Source of the DNA: Azolla caroliniana
Lineage: Eukaryota; Plantae; Polypodiophyta
Length of the DNA: 64,000 bases
Direction: 5' to 3'
NCBI GenBank assembly: GCA_043228905.1
Contig: JBHGNT010000002.1
Location: forward strand, 5,766,001-5,830,000
Of the stretch, positions 51,056-63,719 are shown one piece after another (the first letter of the stretch is position 1; each line of letters begins with the position of its first letter). The notes below the pieces were generated by a model. That model ran no database searches and was not told the DNA's origin. It saw only the letters and a list, made by a program, of their open reading frames with translations. The translations under genes were made by a program, and so were the position numbers.

Positions 51056-54000
51056 GTGAGAGAATGATGATAAAAGATATATATTATGTGAAGAGAGTAT
51101 ACACTAGTAGCTAGGAGGCTTAAGACAAGCATTGAACCGATTTGGTTCGAAATAATGCCTTGTGCCTCCTTTTATAGTGTTCTCAGGAGTACTCCTAAAG
51201 TTTCTAGAATGTTCTAGAGAAATCTGGAAGACACATCAATTTTCTATAATAAAACATAAATGAAAATAAAATTCTACGTATTACAATGTGTGGTCTAATG
51301 GTCAAGAGCTCAACCCATGTAGCATAAGGTCAGGGGTTCGAGTCTTGCCATATCATGACATTATCCTCCCTGTTTTGGATTGAGGACCCGGCTTGTTTGG
51401 ATATTGACGATGGAAGTCGTCAAGAAGAGCACGAGCATTGGTCACATTCTCTATCAGTTCCTAAATACGCTCGCTGGGATTATATCCTAGCCAATCGACT
51501 AGATAGTAGAGCCTGTTGCGAACAATCTTGGAATCAAGGATGGCGGCAACCTCGTACTCAAGTCCATCTTCAAGCTCGATCAGGGGTGGAGGCTGTGTAA
51601 CACGTCCTAGGATGGTGCTCTCTTGATTGGGTTCGAGGAGAGAACTATGAAACGCCGAATTCCATCTTCAAGCTCGATCGGGGGTGGAGGTTGTGTAACA
51701 CGTCCTAGGATGGTGCTCTCTTGATAGGGTTCAAGGAGAGAACTATGAAACACTGGATGTATCCGAAGTTGCAGAGGTAGATGGAGACGAAAAGTGACAT
51801 CATTAATCTTTCCTGTAATATGGAAAGGACCTAATCGCCGATAATCTAACTTCTCGCATGGGCGAGTAGTCTTGATGTGTCATCGTAGTAGCCATACCCG
51901 ATCTCCAATGTTAAAATTGGATGGAAGTCGATGTCAATCCGTGTAAACCTTGTGTGTTTGTTGAGCTTGTTGGAGATCAGTAGATAAATCGGCTTGTATC
52001 TTGCGTAACTGCTCTAAACGATCCTTTGCGCAAGGATTTGTGGACAACTCTGGGGTTTCAAATACACACCACCGGGGGTGACAACCTGTATAACCATAAA
52101 ATGGCGTAACTTTAGTCGATGCGTGGACAGAGTTATTATAGGCAAATTCGGCGAAGTGGAGAATATTTGCCTAGTCATCCTGATGATAGCTTAGAAAGCA
52201 CCGAAGATACTGCTCCATCGTTTGATTTGTTCATTCTGCTTGGCCATCGGTTTATGGGTGGTAGTCGGAGGAGAGGTTACAAGAGACCTTGAGCATTTTA
52301 AAAAGGTGCTTCTAGAATTTCGATACGAACTAGGGTTCACGGTCGCTGATGATACTATCGGGAAAGCCATGATGCCGACATCCTTCACACATGACAATTT
52401 CAGCGGTTTCTTCACTGAAGATTTCCTTAGTACATGGCAAGAAATGAGCCATCTTCGTATATCAATCTTCATATATCAAAACCTGGCTCGCCAGGACGCG
52501 GTGCTAGGTACGAACGCCATGATAATGCATCTGCCTTCTCTTGGTGCTTCCCCGGACGATATGTAATTTTGAAGTCAAAACACGTGAGGAAGTGGGCCCA
52601 CCGAGCTTGGCGTCCATTTAACACACGAGCATCCTGAAAGTAGGCAAGGTTTTTGTGGTCACTGAATACGGTGACTTGATGAGTGGATCCCTCTAGAAAA
52701 TGCCTCCATTGCGTAAAATAGTCCACTATTGCCAATAGCTCCTTATCATGAATTTCGTAGTTGATTTTGCCAGCGTCAAACTTGCATGAGTGAAAAGCTA
52801 CAGGATGTAGCTTCTCATCATTACCCCATTGTGACAGAATGCTCCCCAATGCGAAATCATGTGCACCTGCTTCTATAATGAATGGTTTTTCCGGATCGAC
52901 ATGAGCTAGAATTGGAGCCGATGTAAATGCCTTTTTAAGACTCTCGAAAGCCATGTCCGCTTCTTCAGACCAAATGAATGATTGTCCCTTCCTGGTAAGC
53001 TGTGTGAGAGGCAGAACGAGCTTTGAGTAATCCTATATGAACTTCCGGTAAAAATTGGCAAAGCCTAAAAAGCATTGCACATCTCGCACCGAACGCGGAG
53101 TCTGCCACTCTACCACAATTTTGACCTTAGCTGGGTCCATGGAGATGCCTTTCGAGGAAATGACATAGCCTAGAAATTCCACTTGGTTGCACCCAAAACT
53201 ACATTTTTCCAGCTTTGCATAAAGACCATGTTCTCGAAGTCATTTTAGTACTAGCAGTACATGAGAATCATGCTCTTCTTGGGTCTTCGAATAAACCAGT
53301 AGATCATCCAAATAGATGATCAAACAAACATCCAAGAGATCTCGGAATATATCATTTGCCATGTGTTGGAAGACTGTTGGCACATTAGTGAGGCCGAACG
53401 GCATGACCGTATACTCGAAGTGCCCATATCTGGTGCAAAACGCGGTCTTCCATTCATCTCCTGGTCGGATCCGTACGAGGTTATAGGCTCCCCCTGTAAG
53501 TCGATCTTCGTGAAGAACCTTGCACCATTGATCCGTTCTAAAAGACTTGAGATAAAGGGAATTGCATACCTATTTCTGATTGTAACCTTATTCAAGCCAC
53601 GGTAATCTACAACAAGACGAAGTGATCCATCCTTTTTCTTGACGAAGAAAATGGGTGCGCCGGCTGGAGATTTCGAATGCCGAATGAAACCATTTTCCAA
53701 ATTCTCCTTTATATAGGCTCGCAAGACTTCTAGCTCGGTTGGTGAAAAATTGTAGATCGGTCCCCATGGTGGCTCTTTCCCCGGTTGTAAATCGATGGGG
53801 CAATCATACGGTCGATGGTGAGGAAGCGTATTGGCTTGCACTTTATCAAACACATCGGCATAATGATGATACTTCTTTGGAAGTTGAACGGTGGACTCCC
53901 CTTTAATGGTGTCAGAGGGCTTTACTGATATTGCGAAGAGAAACATTTCCTCCTTGCATCCTTCTTCCCGCTACTGATGTAGCGAAATGGTTGCAATCTC

Positions 54001-55740
54001 ATGAGTAGACCCTTGGGTTTTTTGATACCGGATTTCTCTTGTTCTCCAATCTATGTCAAGGTTATGTAATTTGAACCATGGTAATCCTAAAACAATGGGG
54101 TGTTCTGGGATGCTAATTATATTAAATGATACTGCACATGCTAGATTATCTAGGACAATATTAACGGGCTCTGAATCTTCTATGATATTTCCGAAAGCAA
54201 TGGGACGACCATCAATGACTACTACAGAGGCTGGACACGGGAGTTTTCTGAGACATATCTAATGAGCTTGGGCAAAGTTCCTATCCATGAAGCAAGAATT
54301 AGCTCCGGAATCTAGAAGTGCTAAGACATGTACTGGAGGGGTACTTTTAGTACTAACTGTTACTTGGGCTACAAACACATTGCTAACTTGCTTAGAGGGA
54401 ATGGAACCACTAATGGGTTGCACAGATCTAGAGTTGTCCAACCAAACGGCTCCTATTTTGGCTAGACTTAGTCATTTAAGTCTTCTTCTAACTGACTAAG
54501 GACATCAAATTTGTTCACTAGATTTGGGCTATTAGTACTATTACGACTATCAGATATCCCTACCGCGATAGACTCGGGTTTAGTACAATCAAAACTAGCA
54601 ACTATTTGATTTACTTTCCTTCTTGGCCTATGGGGACAATTTACCGCGATATGCCCTGGTCCACCACAATAAAGACAAAGTCGGTTTCCCCGGCGTCGTT
54701 GCTTTTCTTCTTCCGATAGTGGTCCACGACGACGTGTAGTGTCAATTTCCATCAGAGTTGGAGTACTTACTGGAGGCACATTATATGACTCCCTTGAAAA
54801 AGTTTCGCTACCATTGAGGCGTAGGTAGGCTCAGATCTTGCCCTTGGCATCTAGAACTGACGTTCCGAACGCTGTTCGAAGAGGCGATTGTTGCATCTCA
54901 CTGCGTGACTGATTGCTTCTGTTAATGACTTTGGTTCTTCGGGAAAGGTCAAGAGTAAATCTTTGACATCGTTACGTAGACCATAACGAAATTTCTCCAT
55001 TAACGCTTGATCATCCCAGGGGATATTGGAGGCGAGTAGACGAAAATCTGCAGTGTATGTGGAGGCTGGACGATCGCCTTGACATAGTCAGATTTTGTTG
55101 ATTGTTGTCTTTATGTTGTCAGTATCTCCAAAATAGGCTTTAAACTCACTTATAAATTCTTCAAAATTGTTTAGTAATGGAGATTCTTTTTCTAACAGCG
55201 GAGCGAACCATGCCAACGCTGAGCCACTTAACAACATGCCTACTAAACCCACTCGTAATGCATCGGTTGGATATCGGGAAGTATGCATTTGAATAACTAG
55301 TCGTACCTGATTAAGGAACCCTCTAAACTGTGATCGCGTTCCATCGAATTTCATGGGAAGGCTGCTCTTGGGTTCTTTATGAATCCCTTGTGTTCCCGGT
55401 CCTTGTTGTTGCATCGCTAACATGGTTGCTTCGAGTTGTTGCACACGTAATGTCAGCTCCCCGTGTTGTTGTTTTTCTAGCACTATTTGTTGAAGATCCC
55501 CCAACAAACGGTGATTTTCTTGTTCTAGTGCTACAAATTTCTCTTTTAAGCACTAGAGCTCCGAGAAAACAGGTTTCCATTTTACTAGGGAGGATAAGAG
55601 GATTAGTATGAAAGGAAGAAAGGGGTAAGAAGATGAGGGAAACCGAAAAGAAGACCGGAAAAAGGGGATATGTAAGAAGATAAAAGGAAGAGGAGGAAAC
55701 GGAAGGAGGACGGAAAATCGGATCAAACTGTCAGGATCAG
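50903..55740 (-). mobile_element. Tcn1-like chromovirus (copy A) with chromodomain; 5' LTR almost entirely deleted
   Basis: 3' LTR 50903-51360, PPT 51361-51372. Gag knuckle CLYCGGPGH..C, PR LLDSGA, RT SPAGAPIFFVKKKDGSLRLVVDYRGLN, RH NYEIHDKELLAI, chromodomain YEVAAILDSK..YLVDWLGY. LTR remnant at 55729-55740. Confidence 0.95.
51000..51051. repeat. (GA)n microsatellite inside the LTR
   Basis: About 25 GA units. Confidence 0.95.
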
Positions 55741-58256
55741 TTCAAACTGCTCGTCGTCCTTTTCAAGTGCAACAATATTTTTGAATAACTTCAATGCAAA
55801 TGCAAATGCAGTACACATTAACAATTAAAAATGAAAAGTGCTTTAGCTAAACATAAGCTATATTGATTTCTGAAGGCATAGCAAACAAAGTTATAATAAT
55901 TTACCCAAGCCGGAGAACAAATCAAGTATCCAATCTCCTTCATTGGAGAACATTTCAAATGACAATTATCAATATTAAGTAGAATGTATTGATGGGAAAA
56001 AATCAAAACTCTCCATGTAATATAAATATTTCTTACTAAGCAAGGTTTTCTATCCCATGACAATGAGATCTCAAGGCCTATGCTATAGAGTATCCTTGGT
56101 ACATGCTATGGAATACGACAATTCTTCATAAGGATATTGTCTGTGCAAAATCTTTCACCATCTTCCCAAGTTATTTAAACATAAATGGTTCATCATCATA
56201 TGTTTATCCAACCATACAAAATCCGTATGGTATCTCAATAATCAATAATATGTATTCCTTTGTTGGCAATATGTGTATCATCTTAGCCACATGACCAGAA
56301 TAGAAATTATAGCATAAATCCTAGGTGATATATTTTTTGTGGCTAAATTTCTTAAAAGTGCCACCATCTTCTACACCGTATGCCTTCACTAAATGGTAGT
56401 TCTTTTCTTTCTATGCTCTTTCAAGATGTGCAAGAAATGATGTAGGAAAATCAAGAATATCTTTAACTTCTCTCAATTTCTTATTATCACTATCTTGGTA
56501 TATCATTGTTGAACAATTTTTCTTTGCTCTCTGACTATACATGGCTTCCTCACATTGAGCAGATTCTAAAGGCGAGCCTCGATTATTCAAACAAATTTTC
56601 TTGACCATACACTCATCCTGATTTTCAGTTGACCTTGTAGGTGCAAGATAAAAAAATATAGAGAAACTCAATTATATGAACCAATAAGTAGTTTCTAACA
56701 ACTTAGATGTTTAAAGACAGCTTAACTCTAGAAAAAGGCTCTAAATGCCAAAAAGAGACATGTAGATAAGAGATATCGCAAAAATTAATGAATTTTTGTT
56801 AAATAATATGCGAAAAAAACACTAAATAGTGCAGTAAAAACACTCCCATCAATCAATTTTTCTAATGGGAAATCCTGGAAAAAATAGAGAATATTTGTGA
56901 AAATATACAATTTATTCAGAAACTCGATAATTTTAATAGTAAAATAGAGATTTCGTAGTACAATTCGATACAATATATTGAGTTTATGTTATTTTCCCAT
57001 AAAAAAACCCAAACAATTAAAAACAAATATTTAAATTTTTTTTACTTTAAACATGAACTCAATACATTGTATCAAATTGTGATGAAAACTCTACATTTTA
57101 TATCAACTCGATATAATGTATCGAGTTTATGTATAAAAATGTTCTTTTTTATCAAATAAAAAAGAACATTTCTAAACATGAACTCGCATTGTACTAAAAT
57201 TTCTATTTTTACAAGAAGTATGTTACACACCAAGATACCTTATGGTGAATATGTTCTTCAATGGTCAACAAAAAACCATTAATAATTGTGTTGATGGTAA
57301 TTGAACCTTGCAAATGTCGTTTACATGGTCTATAAAATATTATTGTGGTCTCAATCACCGCTTCAAGTACTTAATGTTGATCTCCATAGTTTGCTCAATC
57401 CATAACAGAGAAACATTTATGTGGAATTAAGGATGAAAACATGAACATAACTCAGGTGCTAAAGAAACTTGCAAGAACTTAACGTGGGGATATTAATAGC
57501 TACACATGCAGATGGCCATGATGTAGGTCACAAATTCTAGATTGGTAAAGTTTTGGATGCGGTGATGCATTAAACCTTTCTAATACATCTATAATTGATA
57601 TTAGTGAGGTGAATATCATTGTGTATGACTTTACATTGACAAAAGTTGGATGTTTAAGGAAGATAACAATAGACATAATAAAAGAGATATTACCAAGTCT
57701 AGAAAATGTCTCAGATTGAAGGCGAACAAAATTTAGTGCACAGAATTTGGAGACACCATTTGGTGAAGACAATGATTTGATTGGTACATTCGGAAATGAG
57801 GAGGAAGAGTCCCAATTGTATATTAGTTATAGTAGCGATTCTCATGAAAGGAGTGATCTTAGTGATGCAAATAACTAGCAAATGTATTTTTTGTGCAACG
57901 ATATGTAACAAATTTAGACAACATTTTATCGAATGATATAAAAAAGTTGATTTTTTGAAATCTTTTGCTTCTAAAATCCTTAAGATCTAAAAACGTATTA
58001 GTTGTCATTTTTCCTTAAAAATACACAAAGTTATTTTTCGTATTTGACCAAAATTTGGCATTTCTCAATTTTACCAAACTTGATGAAATCCTTAAGATCT
58101 AAAAACGTATTAGTTGTCATTTTTCCTTAAAAAACTTGATGAAATTTTCAAAAATTTCATCAAGTTTTTGAGAGCATGTGATACTAGTATTAAGGTGTTT
58201 TGTGAAATGGTAGACAAAACCCAAAATCAAACGGAATATTCCTTATCCTTCCACTT

Positions 58257-58473
58257 GTGAACAAGAACGTGTTCTCTATTTATAGTATTATCAGGAGTAT
58301 TCCTAAAATTTCTAGAATGTTCCAGAGTAATATAGAATATATATGAATTTTTTGTAATGAAATAAAAATGAAAATAATATCTTGTGAGTTACAATGAATA
58401 ATATAATGGTATGGCCTCAACCCGTGTAACATAAGGTCATGGGTTCAATTCCTTTTGAGACCATATCATGACA
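58257..58473 (-). mobile_element. Partial Tcn1-like LTR (U3 part)
   Basis: Colinear with 51165-51360, ending catatcatgaca. Confidence 0.88.
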
Positions 58474-59667
58474 GAGGGTTGTACACTCTTGAACCTTCGA
58501 CCTCCATGATATGCCACCAGCACCATAGGTGAAGATGTATCCACCACCTCCTAGTGCTTCTTTGTTGGGTTTGACATGTACCTACTCATGACCCCTACGA
58601 CATATGCAAGGTCAGGTTAGGTCACCACCATTGTGTACATGATACTTCCTATGGCTGATGCATAGGGTATCTTTCCATTGAGCTTTCTCTCTTCGTCGGT
58701 TGATGGAGAGTCTTTGTTCGATAGTCAAAACAACGTTGAAGCGAAGTTCTGGCTTCGCATTCTCCATGTTGAATCGCCTTAGCACCTTCCAGATGTAATC
58801 GGACTAGGAGAGCTAGAGGGTCTTTGTTGTCCGATTTCTTGGATTCCTTTGTTGCTTCTGATGTGTCTATATACTCAGCCTCCATTGTCGATAGTGTCGT
58901 GCAGTCTTGTAACTTCGACCTCCATGATATGGTGCCACCGTCGTAGGTGAACATGTAACCTGAAGTGGATTTCCGATTGTCGGGGTTGTTGGCATAATTG
59001 GAATCCATATAGCCTTCAACTTCGGTCGGATTGTCTGATCTGAAAGTCAGCTGCAAATCTTCTTCCTTGTAGGTACTTGAAGATGTCCTTCACATCTTCC
59101 CAATGCTTCCATCTAGGATAGGAGATGTATCAGTTGATGACCCCTACGACATTTGCAAGGTCAGGTTGGGTCACCACCATTGCCCATGAGACTTCCCACG
59201 GCCGAAGCGTAGGGTATTTGCCTCATGAACAATTTCTCCTCCTCTGTAAATGGAGAGTCTCTATCCGTTAGTTAGAGAGACTTTGGAAGTGGAGTTGGTG
59301 TCGTCTTCACATTCTCCATGTTGAAGTGCCTCAACACCTTTTGAGATGTAGTCAGATTGGGAGAGCCAAAGGGTCTTTGATATCTGATGTCACTCTATTT
59401 GCATGCCCAATATGCATCGGGCTTGTCGCAACTCCTTCATGGTGAATGTCTCGTGAAGGCTCTATTTCAACTTCCGATTTTTGCTCGATTGTTGCCTGCG
59501 ATGAGCATGTCGTCGACATATAGGATTAGATAGATCTAGGACTCATTGGCCAATGGCCAAATGTACATGCATGGATCAAAGTCTGATTTGCTATATCCAA
59601 GCTGCCAGATGTAAGTATCAAATTTTTGATACCACATTCTTGGTGCTTGTTGTAGGCCATAAAGGGT
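58474..59667 (-). mobile_element. Rearranged copia RT/RNase H fragments
   Basis: LYGLQQAPRMWY, LYVDDML, RKSTSGY..ISWRSKLQ..LSTMEAEY. The RT-end/RH segment is present twice. Confidence 0.85.
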
Positions 59668-59954
59668 GAAAGCATGAGAGTGGAAACAATTAGCTATGTC
59701 CTTGACATAGCTAATTAGCTATGCAAAAAGCTACCATTGATAAATAGTCATTTTAGCAAAAAGCCATCAGTAATAAATTAACTATTCAAAAAACTACCAT
59801 TGAAAATACTAGAGTGTTTTAATTACATATGTAAATGAGCACCATAAATGTGCAACATAAACGTGCAACATAAATTGATATGTGCACCATAAATGTGTAC
59901 CATAAATTATATATCGAATTCCTAGGTCCATTATCCATGATCCTTTGCCACATC

Positions 59955-60360
59955 ACGTAGGCCATCTCTAGTTGAGTATTGTGGGTTAGTTGCTACCACT
60001 CTTGCTAAACCCTATCGAGTCCACCTGCCACCACTCTACACTCAGGGTCCGCTACTGTGAAGGTCGTGTATTGCTGCCACTTTTCAACCCGACGGCGTTA
60101 ACATCTCCGCTGCCGCCATTCTACTTTCAGTTGCCTTCTCTGTGCGTTCCAAGCATCATCGGTAACTGTTCAATTTGACGGGGTTCTCTCCTCCATTGCC
60201 ATCATTCTACACTCAGTTGCCGCTACTGTCCAGTCCTGGATTGCTTCCACATTTCGATTTGACGGAGTTCACTCATCCAACGGCAACATTCTACACTCAG
60301 TTGTCACCATTGGTCAGTCCTGGATCGCCTCCTCAACTGTTCGATCCAACGGAGTGAACT
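59955..60360. repeat. Imperfect ~84-bp tandem repeat (about 4-5 units)
   Basis: Recurring ttctacactcagttg..gacgg anchors at ~60035, 60119, 60204 and 60288. Confidence 0.7.
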
Positions 60361-60916
60361 CCTCAAATGTTCGGTCTTGGATTGCAATAACTTTTCTGTC
60401 TATTGAATATCTTGTGTATTGTTGTGTCTAATCTTGTGTATTGTGGAATATTTTTGTGTATTGTTGTTGCCCATAGCCATCTTAAATACTTGTTTTTCTT
60501 TTTGGAAATTTAGGGTTTTAATATGTCCAGCCAAATGGAAGGGGAAGAAGGGTGTTTAGAATAACCCCTCAATGATCATAAGGATAGGGATGATGCTATC
60601 AGGACACAACAAGCCATACGAAACTATTGGGTAGAAATAAAAAAGAAACATCGTCAATTGTTGAAGGATACGAAAGCCACACTCAGTAACGTAAGGATAG
60701 TTTAGCTGAGAATGTAAGTAATGTGACTACCATCATAGAGAGAAAGGTTGTAGACGATTTCAATGTTCAAACCAAGCACATCAGCATGAAGAAAAGAAGG
60801 TAGTACTTTATGGAATATTAAATGATCTATCGATAAAAGACTTAGTTGATTGTGATGGTCTTAATGCAAACATATCATCTATTTTAGTAAATAATCTTCG
60901 TAATAGTTTCATATCC

Positions 60917-61270
60917 ATGAGCAAGTCAGAAGATGATCTTGTCTTAAAAAGGTCTACTCTAATGATGTTACTTAATAGTGATGTTGACGATATAAACATC
61001 AGTGAGCTATCTAAGGTAACTGGTGTTAGTAGAAAAACAGTGTACAATACATTGAACCGTATAATTTCCTCGGGTGAAGGAACTAGTCTACTAAAGCTAA
61101 CTACAAGATGTAAGCCAATGACACCCATAACATTAGAAATCAAGGATGTAATCACAATGTTTTGGACTAATGAGAGAAGGGTTTCACCCAATAAAAAGGA
61201 TTTATGCAAGAAACGTGTTGGAAGAAATCAATACGAGGAGCATCCCATTCATCTTCTTGATGTACCTCAA
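60917..61270 (+). pseudogene. Transposase-like exon with helix-turn-helix
   Basis: ISELSKVTGVSRKTVYN (HTH pattern), then FWTNERRVSPNKKD..HPIHLL, ending at a CAA|GTATTT donor-like site. Upstream part has stops; no catalytic domain follows. Confidence 0.6.
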
Positions 61271-61309
61271 GTATTTACATTTATCTCAACATTTGTTTTC
61301 ACTGTACAC

Positions 61310-62420
61310 GGAAAGTTAATTAGCTCAGTTAGCAGAAAAGCTAATTAGCTTATTAGTTACATTTACCTCAATTAGCTACTAGGATAGCTACTACATCGGT
61401 AACTGGATACTCTCAATAGCTAATTTAGTTACTACCAGATAATTAGCTACCAAAATAGCTAACTAGCTACCATGATAGCTAATTAGCTATTCTCAATAGC
61501 TAATTTAGTTATTACTAGATAATTAGCTACCAAGATAGCTAATTAGCTATTAGAATAGGGTTTTAGCTACCATGATAGCTAAATAGCTACTAGAATAGCT
61601 AATTAGCTATTAGAATAGGTAATTAGCTACCATGATAGCTAAATAGCTACTAGAATAGCTAATTAGAAGAGGTAATTAGAATAGGTAATTAGCTAATTAG
61701 CTACCATGATAGCTAGTTAGCTACTATGATAGTTAGCTACTCTAGTTATTACCAACTAATTAGCTACTAGGAAAGCTAATTAGGTACTAGGACAGCTAAT
61801 TAGCTACCATGATAGCTAATTAGCTACTAGAACAACTAACTAGCTACTAGGACAACTAATTAGCTACTAGGATAGCTAATTTCGTTATTACCAACTAATT
61901 AGCTACTAGGACAACTAATTAGCTACTAGGATAGCTAATTTCGTTATTATCAACTAATTAGCTCCTAGGAAAGCTAATTAGCTACCATGAGAGCTAATTA
62001 GCTACTAGGACAGTTAATTAGCCACCATGATAGCTAATTAGCTACTAGACCAGCTAATTAGCTACCATGATAGCTAATTAGCTACTAGGACAACTAATTA
62101 GCTACCATGTTGCGTCAAGTGTTCAAAAACACTGTTTTTGAACAACTAGTAGGATAGCTAATTAGCTAGTAGCTAACTAGCTGCCAGTAGCTAATTAGCT
62201 GCTAGTAGGATAACTAATTAGCTAGTAGCTAACTAGCTTCCACTTAGCTAATTAACTACTGTATTAAACTATGGCAGTAGCTAATTAGCTACTAGGATAG
62301 CTATTAGCTGCTTTAATCAACTATGGTAGTAGCTAATTAGCTACAACGATAGTAGCAAAATAGTTTCCATACTTTTTACAGCTTAGCTAATTAGAAAAGA
62401 CTAAGCTTATTAGCTACAGT
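61310..62420. repeat. ~20-bp-period satellite with palindromic core TAGCTAATTAGCTA
   Basis: Units such as gatagctaattagctaccat / gatagctaattagctactag; the same motif occurs at 59685-59780. Confidence 0.93.
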
Positions 62421-62429
62421 ATGGTATAC

Positions 62430-63715
62430 CTGTAGAGTTGTACTGCAATCTCCCAAACAGAATGTAGCAATTCGACAGGCATATTGAAAACAAAGCAGAT
62501 GGTATGTGTGGTTGCATGGTTGTAGGTGAACCAACAAAGACACAGTCGCAAGCGATGCAACGTGCTTGAACTATCAATAAATCATTTTCTGGTTCTCCTT
62601 CATTTGGTAAGGGAGCAAGAATGTTCAGGTCTAAATCCTGTCTAATCCTTACCATTCCCCCCACAAAATGTAGCTGCTTCTTAAGGCAGCTAACTACCTG
62701 TTCTTGATGAATGTATTGTTCCTTCAATGCAATAGAGAAATTTACCGATTAATTATTCTTGTCTGAGAAAGATACACCAACTTTGCTCAAGAATCATTAC
62801 ATTACTTGAAGCTTTTCCGAATTGTAATCTGCAATAGTATTTACACCTAGAAGGTCCAGGTTCATTGAAAGAACCTGGATCTCTGTTTGCAGTTGTATTT
62901 TACACTGGGGATCAAGTGACCCCTCTAATTCAAGCTCCTGTTGCGCAACTTATTCCAAATAATGCTTGATTAGCACATTTTACCCTTAAAGTTATTTATA
63001 ACACAATCACATACCAACAAAACAATAGTTACATGAATCTTATTTCTAATCGTTGTAACAACTAAAGTAACTTTGCTCTCCATTGCAGAAGCCATTGTGG
63101 CTTTCTCTAAATCAGTCTTAAAAAATGCCAATGTCTCACAGGCTTCATGGACATTTTTTAGCATATAGCTAACCAATGTCTCACATGTATCATCGACATT
63201 GGCTTTCCTTAGGTGTTGGTGTGGTGTATGCCCCCGGTTTTGCTGGGAGTCGGCAGTTGCATCAACAGCTGCCATGCTCCAAAATCTGTCTATTTTTTGT
63301 GCCAAGGTCCCCATCTTTCGGCATCTTTCTACCGATGCCTCACCATAGACTGCCCAAGCTACCCTATTCATTTTAGGGTCTCTGGATTCCTTCGTTGTTT
63401 TACAGTACTCATATGCAAATGCTCTAGCAAATGAAATTGACAACTCATTGTTGACTAGGATCTCCTGATGAGCTTTTTGGTGCGGCCTCATGCAGTCAAC
63501 GTACAAGTCGGCTCGTACATGCTTCAGCTTGACCTTGCCTTTGACTCTAGGCATTGTATATACTATTATCTAGTCTACATCACTGATCAATTTATCACTT
63601 AGGACAGTAGGGTCAACACCCTCGAGTGACAGACCATAGGTGTTGTGGAAGTCCTCCTTTGTCTCGCAAAATTTTGCGAAGTTTAGCACTCTCGGATACG
63701 GAGGAACGAGCCATT
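62430..63715 (-). pseudogene. Decayed multi-exon gene with a C-terminal RING-H2-like finger
   Basis: RCIAC..(frameshift)..PCNHTYHLLC..FCLGDC ending at CAG|GTA; upstream 194-aa ORF (NNELSISFARAFAYE..VAWAVYGE). Confidence 0.6.
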
Positions 63716-63719
63716 TGAA

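Larger units (their letters stand above)
50175..58256. mobile_element. Degenerate TIR DNA transposon (possibly Sola-like), hosting Tcn1 copy A
   Basis: Inverted 12-mers AAGTGGAAGGAT (50175-50186) and ATCCTTCCACTT (58245-58256), plus inverted subterminal catgtgatacta. Decayed ORFs on - (~50500-50900 joined to 55740-56700) and on + (~57240-57800). No TSD seen. Confidence 0.55.

Noticed and set aside
51285-51355. Functional tRNA gene
   Set aside because: Acceptor and anticodon stems do not pair; kept only as a tRNA-like promoter module.
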